The position numbers and the translations under genes were made by a program. Below the pieces are notes generated by a model. It ran no database searches. It was not told the DNA's origin and saw only the letters and a program-made list of their open reading frames with translations. Shown here piece after piece: positions 49,169 through 60,700 of a stretch of DNA of 64,000 nucleotides (its first letter is position 1; each line of letters starts with the position of its first letter). Source of the stretch: an uncultured Thermoplasmatales archaeon (GTDB lineage: Archaea > Thermoplasmatota > E2 > UBA202 > DSCA01); the NCBI GenBank assembly GCA_964514975.1, contig CAZESS010000004.1, positions 1,708 through 65,707 of the forward strand, written 5' to 3'.

Positions 49169-51205
49169 GTGGCAGAAGAACAGGAAGAACTGAAGGAGCA
49201 GCTTCCACCCATAGATACATGGATGCAGGAGCAGGACGTCGAAACGTCGGATGACATCGAGATACCCGATACGTTGATGGAGCAGGTCATCGGACAGGAT
49301 CATGCCGTCGAAGTCGTCCGGCAGGCCGCCCGGCAGAAGCGCCATATCATGCTCATCGGCGACCCGGGCACCGGCAAATCGATGATAGCCCGGGCGATGA
49401 CCGAGTTCCTGCCGACCGAGGAGCTCGAGGACATCCTCACCTATCCAAACCAGGACGACCCCAACACGCCTCGGGTGCGCATCGTTCCCGCCGGCAAGGG
49501 CAAGGACATCGTCGACGCGATGAAGGCCGAGGCCCGAAAGCGCAAGCAGCAGCAGTCCCAGATGATGGCCACCATCCTCGCACTCATCGTCGGCGGTGCC
49601 ATCATCGGCGCCATCGTCACCGGTGAGCTCACCATCGCCCTGTTCGGCATCATCGCCGCGGCGATGATATATCTCATCGGGATGCGCGGCGGCATGATGC
49701 AGAATCAGGAGGAAAAGGACGTGCCCAAGCTCCTTGTGTCACATGAAGACGAGGACTCGCCGCCGTTTGTCGACGCGACGGCCGCACATTCGGGGGCGTT
49801 GCTCGGCGACGTTCGCCATGACCCGTTTCAGGCGGGCGGCCTTGAGACGCCGCCGCATCTGCGCGTTGAGGCAGGCGCCATCCACAAGTCACATCGCGGG
49901 GTCCTGTACATCGACGAGATCAACACGTTGAGCCTGCCGTCACAGCAGCACCTTTTGACGGCGATCCAGGAAGAGGAATTCCAGATCACCGGGCAGTCGG
50001 AGCGGAGCAGCGGCGCCATGGTGAAGACAGAGTCGGTGCCCTGCGATTTCATTCTGGTCTGTGCGGGCAACCTCGACGCCGTCGAGGGGATGCATCCCGC
50101 ATTGCGGAGCCGCATCCGGGGCTACGGCTACGAGATATATATCAAGAGCGACATGGAGGACAACGACGAAAACCGGACGAAGCTCATCCGATTCGTCGCG
50201 CAGGAGGTCGCCAAGGATGGCCAGATCCCGCATTTCGACCGGGCGGCCATCACCGAGATCATCCGGGAGGCACAGCGCCGGGCCGGCCGGAAGGGAAAGC
50301 TGTCGCTTCGCCTGCGTGAGCTCGGCGGGCTCGTCCGGGCGTCGGGTGACCTCGCCATCAGGGAGGAGGCGGACATCGTGACCGCCGATCATGTCGTCAG
50401 GGCGAAAGAGCTTTCCTCGTCGCTTGAGCAGCAGGTGGCTGAGCGCTACCTGCAGAAAAAGAAGACCTATCAGTCGTTCAAGACCATGGGCGCCGAGATC
50501 GGCACGGTGAACGGCCTCGCCGTTATGTCCGCCGACCCGTCTATGAGCGAGTTCGCGGGCCTGATTTTGCCGATCGTCGCCGAGGTCACCCCTGCCGGCT
50601 CCAAGTCGGAGGGCAAGATCATCGCCACGGGGCGCCTGGGAGAAATTGCCAGTGAGGCGGTGCAGAACGTCTCCGCCATCCTCAAAAAATACATGGGAAA
50701 AGACATTTCGAAGCGCGATATCCACATCCAGTTCGTCGGCACCTATGAGGGTGTGGAGGGTGACTCCGCCTCGATTTCTGTTGCAACGGCGGTCATCTCG
50801 GCGATGGAAAACGTGCCACTGTCACAGGAGGTCGGCATGACCGGGTCATTGAGCGTCCACGGCGCCGTGCTGCCCGTCGGCGGCGTCACCGCGAAGATAG
50901 AGGCAGCGGCCAAGGTCGGCCTGAAAAAGGTGCTCATCCCGCGGGCGAACATGCAGGACGTGCTCATCGAGGACAAGTACAAGGACCAGATAGAGATCGT
51001 GCCCGTTGAAACATTGAAGGACGTGCTGGACAACGTGCTGGTCGGCGGCAAAAAGGACGGGTTGATGCAGAAGCTCGAGAAGCTGCAGCCGTCGGTGGTC
51101 AGCAAGGTCGACCTGGAGTCGGAGCGGGCAACGAGCAAGGTACCCCGCACGGGAAAACAGCAGGGGCAGCCGCAGAGTGCCTCCAGCAATGATGGCGAGG
51201 GCTAG
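49169..51205 (+). CDS. lonB: Membrane-bound ATP-dependent protease LonB
   Basis: [18 protein letters not shown] insertion, [27 protein letters not shown] (catalytic Ser), GGVTAK (Lys). Confidence 0.97.
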   Translation: MAEEQEELKEQLPPIDTWMQEQDVETSDDIEIPDTLMEQVIGQDHAVEVVRQAARQKRHIMLIGDPGTGKSMIARAMTEFLPTEELEDILTYPNQDDPNTPRVRIVPAGKGKDIVDAMKAEARKRKQQQSQMMATILALIVGGAIIGAIVTGELTIALFGIIAAAMIYLIGMRGGMMQNQEEKDVPKLLVSHEDEDSPPFVDATAAHSGALLGDVRHDPFQAGGLETPPHLRVEAGAIHKSHRGVLYIDEINTLSLPSQQHLLTAIQEEEFQITGQSERSSGAMVKTESVPCDFILVCAGNLDAVEGMHPALRSRIRGYGYEIYIKSDMEDNDENRTKLIRFVAQEVAKDGQIPHFDRAAITEIIREAQRRAGRKGKLSLRLRELGGLVRASGDLAIREEADIVTADHVVRAKELSSSLEQQVAERYLQKKKTYQSFKTMGAEIGTVNGLAVMSADPSMSEFAGLILPIVAEVTPAGSKSEGKIIATGRLGEIASEAVQNVSAILKKYMGKDISKRDIHIQFVGTYEGVEGDSASISVATAVISAMENVPLSQEVGMTGSLSVHGAVLPVGGVTAKIEAAAKVGLKKVLIPRANMQDVLIEDKYKDQIEIVPVETLKDVLDNVLVGGKKDGLMQKLEKLQPSVVSKVDLESERATSKVPRTGKQQGQPQSASSNDGEG

Positions 51206-52482
51206 CTCACCCAGCCGGGGCCGACCTGCGCCATAATATTTGTCCGTGTCGTCGTGAAATCGATGTCGTAGCTGTCATCGGCCGCGGGGCCATGCAGTGT
51301 GAGGGCGACCGCGCTGGATGTGTTGGTAAGGGTGTAGGACGATGCGCCAAGGTTTGCCCGGGTGAGCGTATTGTTCAGATAGCGATACCAGGCAGCGACA
51401 TGCTTGGTGGCGATGGTAATGGTGATGTTGCTGGCGATGTATTCCTGTTCCTGCATGGAGGAATAGTTGGTTTTGATGGAATAGGTGCCGTAGCCGCTCA
51501 CGCTGGTCTTACCCGCCAGGCCGGTGACGTCGACCATGCCGAGGCTGACCATATGCGTTGGGTCGCCGCCCGTGGTATCGTTTTGTATCGAAAGCGCCGG
51601 CGCTGATATGACGGCCTGACCCTGGCTCTGGGTGAGGATGACGGCACCGCCCTCGTAGACATAGGTCTGGTCGACGAAGTAGGCGTTTTCGGAGCTGTAT
51701 TCGATGGTGCCCATGCGGATGGTTCTGCCGATGGAGCCCCCGGGGTCGTAGCGGCTGCCGGTCATGACGAATGCGCCGCCGTTGGTGTTCGAGCTGTCGA
51801 ACGACATGGTGAACGGTGTCGACAGGAAGGGCAGGATACGGGTGGAAAACCGGTATCCGTCGTCGAGCAGGTTTACAATGTAGCTCGCGTTTTTGGGAAT
51901 CCATGCCACCGGCTGTTTGTAGACGGGGACCGCCGACAGGTTGGACACCCGGAGGTCGAGCTGCCAGAAGTCAGCAGAGAAGCTCGACACGGTCACGTTG
52001 ACATATGCGGTGCCCGTCGACGCGTTGAAGTAGTCACCGCTGTAGAGATTGCTTCCATGGAGCTGGAGGTCGAAGGAGCTGAGGGAGCGAACGTTGGTCA
52101 GGTTGCCACCGGTTTTTTCGACGTTGGACATGCCCGTGGAGGAGAGCCCGTCCCCTGCTATGTCCACCTGGAAGCCGCTGTTCGCCGTTGAAAGGATGCT
52201 CAGGGACCCAAAGGCGCGGGCTGACACGAAAAACGGGAGCTCTTTGCTGCCGAGGGTGATGGAGTTGATGAGAGACATGTCCCGCTGCGCCATCGTCTCG
52301 ATGTCTATCGAGGCTTTTATCTGGGAGAACTGGTTGGCAACGGTGTCCATGTGCTCTGCCTCCCGGTCCTTCATCCAGTTGGGGACATAGTATACCTGGA
52401 CGAGGACGATGACCGCGACGAACAGGCTCACCATCAGGATAGCGACGACGACGCCGACCTGTCCGCGCTCGTTTTTTTCCAT
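51202..52482 (-). CDS. Large pilin-like protein with a class III signal peptide
   Basis: MEKNERG|[37 protein letters not shown]; later [22 protein letters not shown]; own TATA-like element at ~52504-52512. Confidence 0.75.
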   Translation of the reverse strand: MEKNERGQVGVVVAILMVSLFVAVIVLVQVYYVPNWMKDREAEHMDTVANQFSQIKASIDIETMAQRDMSLINSITLGSKELPFFVSARAFGSLSILSTANSGFQVDIAGDGLSSTGMSNVEKTGGNLTNVRSLSSFDLQLHGSNLYSGDYFNASTGTAYVNVTVSSFSADFWQLDLRVSNLSAVPVYKQPVAWIPKNASYIVNLLDDGYRFSTRILPFLSTPFTMSFDSSNTNGGAFVMTGSRYDPGGSIGRTIRMGTIEYSSENAYFVDQTYVYEGGAVILTQSQGQAVISAPALSIQNDTTGGDPTHMVSLGMVDVTGLAGKTSVSGYGTYSIKTNYSSMQEQEYIASNITITIATKHVAAWYRYLNNTLTRANLGASSYTLTNTSSAVALTLHGPAADDSYDIDFTTTRTNIMAQVGPGWVS

Positions 52483-52562
52483 CGGGGAAATAACCGCCCC
52501 TGGTTTAAATAAGTTTATGAAAAATTTGCTGTCTGCATCTGGCTCGCCGTGTTCCCGGTGTT

Positions 52563-55238
52563 TCATGACAGCATCCCCCGTCTGAACATGAGGTATATGG
52601 TCGCCCCAGCACCGATGATTGCGACGGCGGCGCCGATGATGAGCCAGGAGGGTCCACCGCTGTCGTCGTCTCCTCCGGGGACGGAAAACTGCATGGTTTG
52701 TTGGTTGTTGTCCTCGTTTTGCTCGTGGATGTCATCGTTCGGGTCGACATCCGCTTTGAGCGTGTGGGTTCCGGCGGTGACGTTGACGGCCTGCGTATGC
52801 TCTACCTGGCCGCCGGCTTCGATGGAGGGCAGCATGATGGAGGCTATCACTGTGTCGTCCATGATGATGTCCAGCGATGTCTGGTTTGCATTTCCGGTTC
52901 CGTTGTTGGCCACGGTGACGGTGACCTGAACCGTGTCACCGGCGTCCGGTGATGCAGGGGTCATGGCCAGGCCGGCGAGTATGAGGTCGGGCTGCAATGG
53001 CTCCGGCGCTGCCACGGATATCTCCGTGCTTGTTTCGTCGGTCATGCCGTCGTTGTCCGTCACGGACAGCGTGACCGTGTAGGTGCCGTCTTCGCTGTAG
53101 CTATGCGACGGATTCTCCTGGATGGCAGTGGCGCCGTCTCCGTAGCTCCACTGCCATGCGGTGATGCTGCCGTCGGGGTCGCTGCTCTGGTCGGTAAACG
53201 TCACGGTGCGGCCGTCCATGCTGTATGAGAAGGTAGCGGTGGGCGGCCTGGGCTCCGGAGGCGGAGGCGTGGGCTCCTGCCGGACCATGAAGCTCCATGT
53301 GTCCGATTGGGTGGCGGCGGCGCCGTCGTCGGCGACCGCATACCAGCGATATGTGGCGGCGTAGCTCAGGCCGCTCCATGTCACGCTGGCCGTATCACCG
53401 CTGGCAACGGCGGCTACAGACTCTATTTCGCTGCCGACATCCGTGTAAAACGTGACATCCATACTGTCTCCATCGGGGTCGAATACCGTGACCTGCAGGG
53501 TAACCGTCCGCGCCGTGCCGCTCGCCCCATCATTCGGCGAGGGATTGGACGGCTGCTCTGGCGGCTCGTTCACCGGCATGGTCTCGGTGGTAAACATCCA
53601 TGCCTGGGAGGTAGTGGCGTTGCGGCCGTCGTCGGCGACCGCATACCAGCGATATGTAGCGGCGTAGCTCAGGCCGCTCCATGTCACGCTGGCCATGGTG
53701 CCGCTGACCACGTCGGATATTGTATCGATGATGTCGTCGTTGCTGGCATCGTGAAAGGTGACATTCATCGAGTCGCCGTCCTGGTCCGCAACCGAAACCT
53801 GCAGTACAGCGTTCCGGGATACATTGTTCGCTCCATCATCCGGCGAGGGGTCGGATGGCTGCTCCGGCGGATTGTTGGCCGTTACCGTGACATCCCGCCG
53901 GGTTGTGTTAATCGCCCCGTCGTCATCGGTGACCGTCAGGGCGACCGTGTAGGTGTCGGCATGCTCATAGACATGCGTGGGGTGCTGCTCATGGGCGGTG
54001 GTACCGTCGCCGAAATCCCATGTCCAGTTGACGATGTCGCCGTCGTCGGTGCTCTCGTCGGTGAACGCAACCGGGTGTCCCGCACGGGGTTCCACCGGGG
54101 TATAGGAAAAATGTGCGGTGGGTGGCGGACTGGCAATTGTGAGCATCGCCGTGGTGGTGTTCGTCAGCCCGTCGTCGTCCGTCACGGACAGCGTCACCGT
54201 CTGGTTTCCCATTGCCTGATACCGATGGGTGACAACGGTGCCCGTATCGCCGGCGCCGTCTCCAAATGCCCAGGTGTAAGCGACGATGTCGCCGTCGGGG
54301 TCGCTGCTGTTCGCTGCGTCGAAGGTAACGGTCTCGTTTTTCACGGGCATCCGGGGATGCCATGCAAACGACGCCGTCGGCGCAACCGGCGAGGTAGACT
54401 CAAGGAGCACCTGTGCATTCCGGACATATACGGGTATCTCCTGTGCTGCCGTGTCGCTCAGGGTGACGTTCGAGATGTTGAGGTAACAGAGAGCGCCCTC
54501 GGTCCTGGGACTGAAGTGCAGCGTGGCGATATGGCCGCTCCCGGTTGTGTTTGTCCGGCCGACGAGGTGTACGATGCCGTCCTCCTGGCTCAGGGTGACG
54601 GATACCGGCGCGCCGTCGATTGAGCCATTGTCTGCCCCGGTGAACGACAGCAGGACGGGATCGTAGTGCAGGTCGAGGTTTACGCTGCTGAGGTTGGTGA
54701 CGTTGGAAACATTGATGGATGCATCGAAGGCTCCCTGCACGGTCTCGGGTGCCTGTACCTCGAGCAGCGTGCCGGCAACGGTAACCCGATGGCCATGCCA
54801 CGATGCCGGTATCTCCTGGCCGTCTCCATCGCTCAGGTTTCCCTCGATATCGAGGTCCGAATGGCCTGCTGCGGTGCAGGAAAACATTACCGTGGCGAGA
54901 TAGCCGGAGCCGTTGACCGGCTGCAATCCCATGTCGTTGACGATGTGCAGCACGCCGTCGTGCACGCTCGCGCTGGTCGGCACATCGGTGCCGTTGACGC
55001 TGCCGTTTTCGACCGATGCGACCGTGAGATATGAGGCGTTGTAGGAAACGGTAACGCTGGCCGCGTTGAATCCGGTCAGCTCTGACACTGATATCTGCAC
55101 CGAGATGTTCTGGCCGAGCAGCGCCATGTCCGGTCCCGCCAGGGACACCGATGGCTGCCCTTCGCCGGCGGCGGGCACGGCGGCGCCGATGGTCATGATG
55201 CAGCATGCACAGGCCAGCAGCGCAGCAACCTGTTTCAT
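52563..55238 (-). CDS. Membrane-anchored scaffoldin-like protein: signal peptide, 2 cohesins, 3 PKD, 2 Ig/FN3-like, CARDB, C-terminal TM with basic tail
   Basis: Cohesin-like units ISVQISV...VSYNASYL...GSGYLATVMF and ASINV...LHYDPVLL...GSGHIATLHF; W.FGDG/YGDG PKD motifs; VDPNDDIHEQNEDNN (CARDB); WLIIGAAVAIIGAGATIYLMFRRG. Confidence 0.82.
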   Translation of the reverse strand: MKQVAALLACACCIMTIGAAVPAAGEGQPSVSLAGPDMALLGQNISVQISVSELTGFNAASVTVSYNASYLTVASVENGSVNGTDVPTSASVHDGVLHIVNDMGLQPVNGSGYLATVMFSCTAAGHSDLDIEGNLSDGDGQEIPASWHGHRVTVAGTLLEVQAPETVQGAFDASINVSNVTNLSSVNLDLHYDPVLLSFTGADNGSIDGAPVSVTLSQEDGIVHLVGRTNTTGSGHIATLHFSPRTEGALCYLNISNVTLSDTAAQEIPVYVRNAQVLLESTSPVAPTASFAWHPRMPVKNETVTFDAANSSDPDGDIVAYTWAFGDGAGDTGTVVTHRYQAMGNQTVTLSVTDDDGLTNTTTAMLTIASPPPTAHFSYTPVEPRAGHPVAFTDESTDDGDIVNWTWDFGDGTTAHEQHPTHVYEHADTYTVALTVTDDDGAINTTRRDVTVTANNPPEQPSDPSPDDGANNVSRNAVLQVSVADQDGDSMNVTFHDASNDDIIDTISDVVSGTMASVTWSGLSYAATYRWYAVADDGRNATTSQAWMFTTETMPVNEPPEQPSNPSPNDGASGTARTVTLQVTVFDPDGDSMDVTFYTDVGSEIESVAAVASGDTASVTWSGLSYAATYRWYAVADDGAAATQSDTWSFMVRQEPTPPPPEPRPPTATFSYSMDGRTVTFTDQSSDPDGSITAWQWSYGDGATAIQENPSHSYSEDGTYTVTLSVTDNDGMTDETSTEISVAAPEPLQPDLILAGLAMTPASPDAGDTVQVTVTVANNGTGNANQTSLDIIMDDTVIASIMLPSIEAGGQVEHTQAVNVTAGTHTLKADVDPNDDIHEQNEDNNQQTMQFSVPGGDDDSGGPSWLIIGAAVAIIGAGATIYLMFRRGMLS
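53322..53694. repeat. 70-bp near-identical intragenic repeat (53322-53391 and 53625-53694, one mismatch)
   Basis: Both copies encode ASVTWSGLSYAATYRWYAVADDG; offset 303 bp. Confidence 0.85.
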
Positions 55239-57736
55239 GCCAATCCCAGGATCATCTGGATAACGAGGGTCACGTCGGCGGTGGTCACCGTGCCGTCAGC
55301 GTTGGCGTCAGCCGGCGGCGGATACTCCGCGCCGGGATGAGCGGCAAGGTGCTGTACGACCAGGTCTGTCTTCGTGATGTCGAGCGCGTTGATGCGGCCG
55401 TCCATGGTGGCGTCGCCGCGTCGCCAGACCGATATCTCCCGCGATGTCACCTGACTGTTTCCGTAGCTGTCGGTCGTGCTCAGCGTCACGGTGTAGGAGC
55501 CAGGCTGGCTGTAGGTATGGGATACGTTCGGACCCGTTGCGCTTCCGCCGTCGCCAAACGTCCATGTCCATGTGGCTATGCTGCCGTCGGCGGTACCGTT
55601 GAACGACACGGTTTCGTTGACGAACGGGAATGAATGAGTGTAGTTCACCGCTGTACGCTCCACCGTCGTGAACAAACGGGTCGGGGATGTCGTGGTGGCC
55701 ATGCCGTCCGATGCCGTCACATGCCAGGTATAGGTTTGCCCGTGCTCGAGGGTGCAGGCGACGCTCATGGTGCCGTTGCCGGTCTCCGTGGTGTGCACTG
55801 CCGTTCCGTTGAGATAAAACACGGCGTCCATGGTGTCGCTGTCGGGATCGGTGACCGTGGCTCTGAGGGAAAGGTTTGCATTGGTGGTGCTTCCGTTGCC
55901 GGGGGATTCCAGCGCGATGGATGGCGGATGGTTGTCGCCGGCGGGAACCGTGACGTTGCGCTTTTCGCCATATGCGATCCGCCCGGTGTCGCCCACGGCG
56001 ATTGCCCGGTAGTAATAGGTCTTGCCTGCTGCAACGCCGGGTATGCTCGCATTGAAACCGCCCGTCCGGTTGGTGGCCACAACGTTGGTGGAGGATTTTT
56101 TGCCGTTCCAGTATTCGAACCAGAGGTAGCATGATGTGCTGTCGCCGAGCGCTGTTAGGTTGCCGTGCAGCGTGGCGTTTTCTCCGGTGATGGTGGCCTG
56201 TCCCGTGGTGACCGTTGGGGCTGCGGGCACGGATGTCATCCGGAATGACAGCATGGTGCCGTTGTATCTGCCCTGGCTGTTGTTGACGACGGCCCGGTAA
56301 TGGTAGGTGGTGTTCCCGGCGAGTCCTGTTACCACCGTGCTGACCGGGCCCTCGCCGGTGATTGTCTGCACGGGCGTGGTCATCGTGAGATTATCGTTTT
56401 GGCCGTATTCGAACCAGACCTCGCATGTCTGGTCGCCGCCCATGTCGGTGACGTTTGCCTGCAGCACGACCGCGTGCTCCACCGAGCCGGTGTCCACCTG
56501 CGCCTTGACCGCCGTGGTGGTAAACGTGCCGTCCTGCCCGTAGGTGGCGCCCGCGCTGTTTTCGGCTACCGCCCGATAATGATAGGTCGTGCCCGGCTGG
56601 AGTCCGGTCAGCGTGCCGGTGAAGGAGCCGTCGTCAAGGGACATTGCCTGGGTGGCCGAGCCGTAGGCCGTCGTTGGCCCGTATTCGAACCATACAGTGC
56701 ATTGTTCGCCGCCCCAGTCGTCAAGGGTGCCCCTGAGCGTGGCGGTGCTGCTGGTGACATTGTCGGCGCTCCCGGTTGTCACGGCGGGCCGGACGACATG
56801 GGTGGTAAACGTTTTGGTGGAGCCATCTGTCTCCCCGGCGGTGTTGCTGGCATACGCCCGGTATTGATAGGTGGTGTCGAGCGACAGGTCGGTGAGCGTG
56901 TGGGAAAAGCTCCCGGAAGAATGCATCGTGGTATTCCCGACGGCGACATGGCTGCCGTCCGTCCAGTATTCGAACCATACGGTGCAGTTGTTCGCGCCCG
57001 GGCTGCTCAGGTAGCCGTTCAGCCTGGCGCTGTCGTAGTCGACCGAGCTCGCCGCGTTGGTTGACACCGAGGGCTTCGCCGCCGATGTGTGAAACGTTTT
57101 GTCGTCTCCGTAGCTCTTTTTTTGGCTGTTCTCGGCGACGGCCCTGTAATGATAGGTGGTGTCGGGGTCGAGGCCTGACACCGAGATGGAAAACGAGCCG
57201 GTGCCCGTTTTTTCAACCTTGTCGTCGGTCGATTGGCCATAGGACTGGCTCGTGCCATACTGGAACCATACCTGACAGGTGCCCGTATCCGGGTCGTTCA
57301 GGTCGTTGAGCGTTCCATGCAGCGTTGCGCCGCCGCTGCCTACATCGCTCTCGTCGTTTGTAACAACAGCCGGGAAGCCGACGAGGGAAAAACTGATGTT
57401 CCGGGATGGCTCGCTGACGTCGAGCACGAAGCTTTTGCGGTTTTCCTGCTGGTCATGAACGCAGGACACCTGGATGGTGTCCCCGTTTTCGCAGTTTTCC
57501 AGCGCCGACAGATCCGCCTGGTAGTATCCATCGCTGTTCGTGGTGACAGTCATAAGCGTTGACTTGGACACATCTTTCACCGTCACGGTCACGCCGGACG
57601 GCAGCGTATCCCCGTCAGCGTTTTTGATGACACCGTAGACGGGAAACGACTGGTCGAGCGCGTCGCTCGAAAGCAGCATCGGTATCAGGCTGGTCAACAG
57701 CAGGATGGCTATCATGACACTTTGTATTTTTTTCAT
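55235..57736 (-). CDS. Secreted protein with ~5 FN3-like repeats, PKD and a C-terminal dockerin
   Basis: Signal peptide; repeated (C)xVWFEYG...L.P.TTYHYRAVA; C-terminal GDATMDGRINALDI...ADANADGTVTTADVTLV (duplicated Ca-binding loop-helix). Confidence 0.85.
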   Translation of the reverse strand: MKKIQSVMIAILLLTSLIPMLLSSDALDQSFPVYGVIKNADGDTLPSGVTVTVKDVSKSTLMTVTTNSDGYYQADLSALENCENGDTIQVSCVHDQQENRKSFVLDVSEPSRNISFSLVGFPAVVTNDESDVGSGGATLHGTLNDLNDPDTGTCQVWFQYGTSQSYGQSTDDKVEKTGTGSFSISVSGLDPDTTYHYRAVAENSQKKSYGDDKTFHTSAAKPSVSTNAASSVDYDSARLNGYLSSPGANNCTVWFEYWTDGSHVAVGNTTMHSSGSFSHTLTDLSLDTTYQYRAYASNTAGETDGSTKTFTTHVVRPAVTTGSADNVTSSTATLRGTLDDWGGEQCTVWFEYGPTTAYGSATQAMSLDDGSFTGTLTGLQPGTTYHYRAVAENSAGATYGQDGTFTTTAVKAQVDTGSVEHAVVLQANVTDMGGDQTCEVWFEYGQNDNLTMTTPVQTITGEGPVSTVVTGLAGNTTYHYRAVVNNSQGRYNGTMLSFRMTSVPAAPTVTTGQATITGENATLHGNLTALGDSTSCYLWFEYWNGKKSSTNVVATNRTGGFNASIPGVAAGKTYYYRAIAVGDTGRIAYGEKRNVTVPAGDNHPPSIALESPGNGSTTNANLSLRATVTDPDSDTMDAVFYLNGTAVHTTETGNGTMSVACTLEHGQTYTWHVTASDGMATTTSPTRLFTTVERTAVNYTHSFPFVNETVSFNGTADGSIATWTWTFGDGGSATGPNVSHTYSQPGSYTVTLSTTDSYGNSQVTSREISVWRRGDATMDGRINALDITKTDLVVQHLAAHPGAEYPPPADANADGTVTTADVTLVIQMILGLA

Positions 57737-60700
57737 GTTTTCACCTCTATGTGATACTGACCGGACTGCGCTATCCTGAGAACGGCGCAGTCTCCGGGAT
57801 GGATGACGAAGTCATATTCGGGCGGGGAGACACCGACGACATAGCTGTCAAAGCTGCCAGTGCTGGTATTCCACCGGCTCACCACGCTCCCAGGGGGCAT
57901 GATAGCGCCGCCTATCTGCGACGCGAGCGCCGACGCCTGTACGGCGGTGACGCTGCTCCACACCACGTGGTTGGCGACGTTGTCGCTGTTTTTGTGGAGC
58001 TGGACGATCCGGTCCGCCAGCCGGTAGGCCTGCTCGGTGAAGTTGCCCGCGGCTGCAACGCGGAGTACCACCGCGTCGTAGGGATGGATGACGAAGTCAT
58101 ATTCGGGCGGGGAGACACCGACGACATAGCTGTCAAAGCTGCCAGTGCTGGTATTCCACCGGCTCACCACGCTCCCAGGGGGCATGATAGCGCCGCCTAT
58201 CTGCGACGCGAGCGCCGACGCCGTTATGTTGTCGCCCAGCCAGGGGATATAGTTGACCACGTTGTTGGCGTTTTTGACGATGTGGATGGTGGTGTCAACT
58301 GGCACGGTTTTGCTCATGGTGGCGTTTGCGCTGCCGTTGGTAATGGTGAGCGTGACGTTGTAATAGTTGCCGATGTGGTAGGTATGCGAGGGATTTGTCT
58401 GGTTGCTTGTTTTGCCGTCCCCGAAAGTCCACTGCCATGTGGCGGCATACGACGAGTTATCATGGAAGGCTACGGGGCTGCCGGTGGCGGGGTCTGCCCC
58501 ATAGGTGAAATCGGCTGCCAGGTATGTGCCGACGGATATGTGCGCGGATGTGCTGGCGGTGGCGTTGTCGTCGTCGGTAACGGTGAGCGTAACGGTGTAG
58601 CCTCCATCCTGGCTATATCGATGTGTCACGTCTGTACTCGTGTTCTCGTATTTTATGGTGCCGTCGCCGAAGTTCCATGTCCAGTTGACGATGGTGCCGT
58701 CGGGGTCAGATGCGTTGGGGGAGACGCCTATCTGCATCCCGCTCTGGGCATATCCGAAATCGGCGGCCGGTGGAACGTTGTCCACGGTGACGTTCTGCTG
58801 CACCTGGCTGGATGCGCCGTCGTCGTCGGTCACGGTGAGCGTGACCATATAGGTGCCATCGTCTTGATAGCTATGGGTGGCGATGGCGCCCGTAGTCGTG
58901 GTGCCGTCGCCGAAGCTCCAGTTGTACCCGGTGATATTTCCGTCGGGGTCGGTGGAGCCTGATGCGTTGAACGTAATGGTATCGAGGTCGGTGGGCTGCC
59001 CCGGCGTGTAGGTTAAGGTCGCTGTCGGCGGCACGTTTTCAACCGTTATCTGCCTGGACAATGTGGCGGTGGCGCTGTCATTGTCGGTGACGGTCAGCGT
59101 GACCGTGTAGGTGGCGTCCTCGCTGTAGCTATGCGTGGGATGCTGAGCAGTGCTGGTGTTGCCGTCGCCAAAGGTCCAGTGCCATGCGGTTATGCTACCG
59201 TCGGGGTCATTGCTGTGATCTGTGAACGTTATGTTTTCCCGGCTGACCGGGGAGGCAGGACTGAAGGTAAAGTTTGCCGTGGGAAATATGGTTATGGAAA
59301 ACTGCCCGCTGAATGATGCAAGGTTCCCCAGTGTGTCGTTGGCGTGGATGGTGACGTTGTAGCGTCCCTGCTGGCTGTAGCTCTGTGTGAGGAAATACAG
59401 TGAGGAGGTGTTCATTGTTTTGTGTGCCATGGTGTCGCCAGCATGGGTGATGGTGATGGACACGTTCTGCATCGCGAGGTTGTCGGCAACGGTGCAGGAC
59501 ACGTTGACCGTCTCGTTTGGCTCCTGTATCCCCGGACTGATGGAGAGATTGGTCATGTGGGGCGGCATGGTGTCAACGATGGTGAACTGGTGGATGGATG
59601 AATTGGAGACGTAGTCGTTCACGTCGGTTGCCCATATCCTGTAGCTGTAGTTGCCGAGCGATGGGTATGTTTGGTTGTGGAAATATATGCCGTTGCAGTC
59701 GTCGTCTATACCGGCAGGGTCCATGCTCGTGTTGATGCTGCTGCCGTCCGGAAAGGTGACGTTTATGGTGACGGATGACAGGGCGACGTTGTCGCTGGCG
59801 TTGCATGATATGTTAACGGGGTAACCATACTGTTTTTCCTGAGGAACGTCCTGCACGTCGTGTATTTCCGGGGGCATCGCCGGGTGGAAAATCTGGAATG
59901 TATAGGGGTTGCTCGTGTTGCTGTTGCCGCTCGGGTCATCTGCCCATATTTTCACGGAATAGTTGCCGGCGGTGTTGTATGGTGCCTCGTGCCACCATGT
60001 CGTGCCATCGTTGCTGTGCATGCTCATGTTGTCGGAGGTGGGACCGGTGATGTTTATCCATACCTGGTCGACTGCTACGTCGTCGGTGACCCGGCAGGTC
60101 ACGTTGACTCTGCCCTTTATTTCCTGGGGGTTTGGATACGCGGAAACATTCTCTATCCGGGGCGGCTCGACATCCCTGACGGTTATCTCCCCTGTCATGG
60201 TATCGTTGCCGTCATCCCCGTCGGTGACGGTCAGCGTGACAGTGAAATTGCCGTTGGAGGCATATGCGTGGGTGGGATTGTCGTTGTTGCTCGTTGCGCC
60301 GTCGCCAAAGCTCCATTCGTGTTCGTAGACATCACCGTCGGGGTCATATGACAGGTCGGTGAAGGAGACGGGTTCTCCCACGGTTGCATTGTCCGGCGTG
60401 AACGAGAAATCGGCGACGGGCAGAATGTTGCGGATGGTAACCTCTTGCTGTGCGGTGTCCCATGCTCCATGGTTGTCGGTGACGGTCAGGGTAACGGTGT
60501 AGGTCCGGTTTTTGCTGTACTGATATCCGACCGTTTCCCCGGTCATCGTTGTGCCATCTCCAAGATTCCATGTGTAGTTTATGATGCTGCCGTCGGGGTC
60601 AGACGAGCTGGTTGCATTGAAGGTGACGGTATCCAGCCTGGTTGGGCTGGCTGGTGTGTATGTGAAGCTGGCCGTCGGCTTGTTGGCTATAACAAATTTT

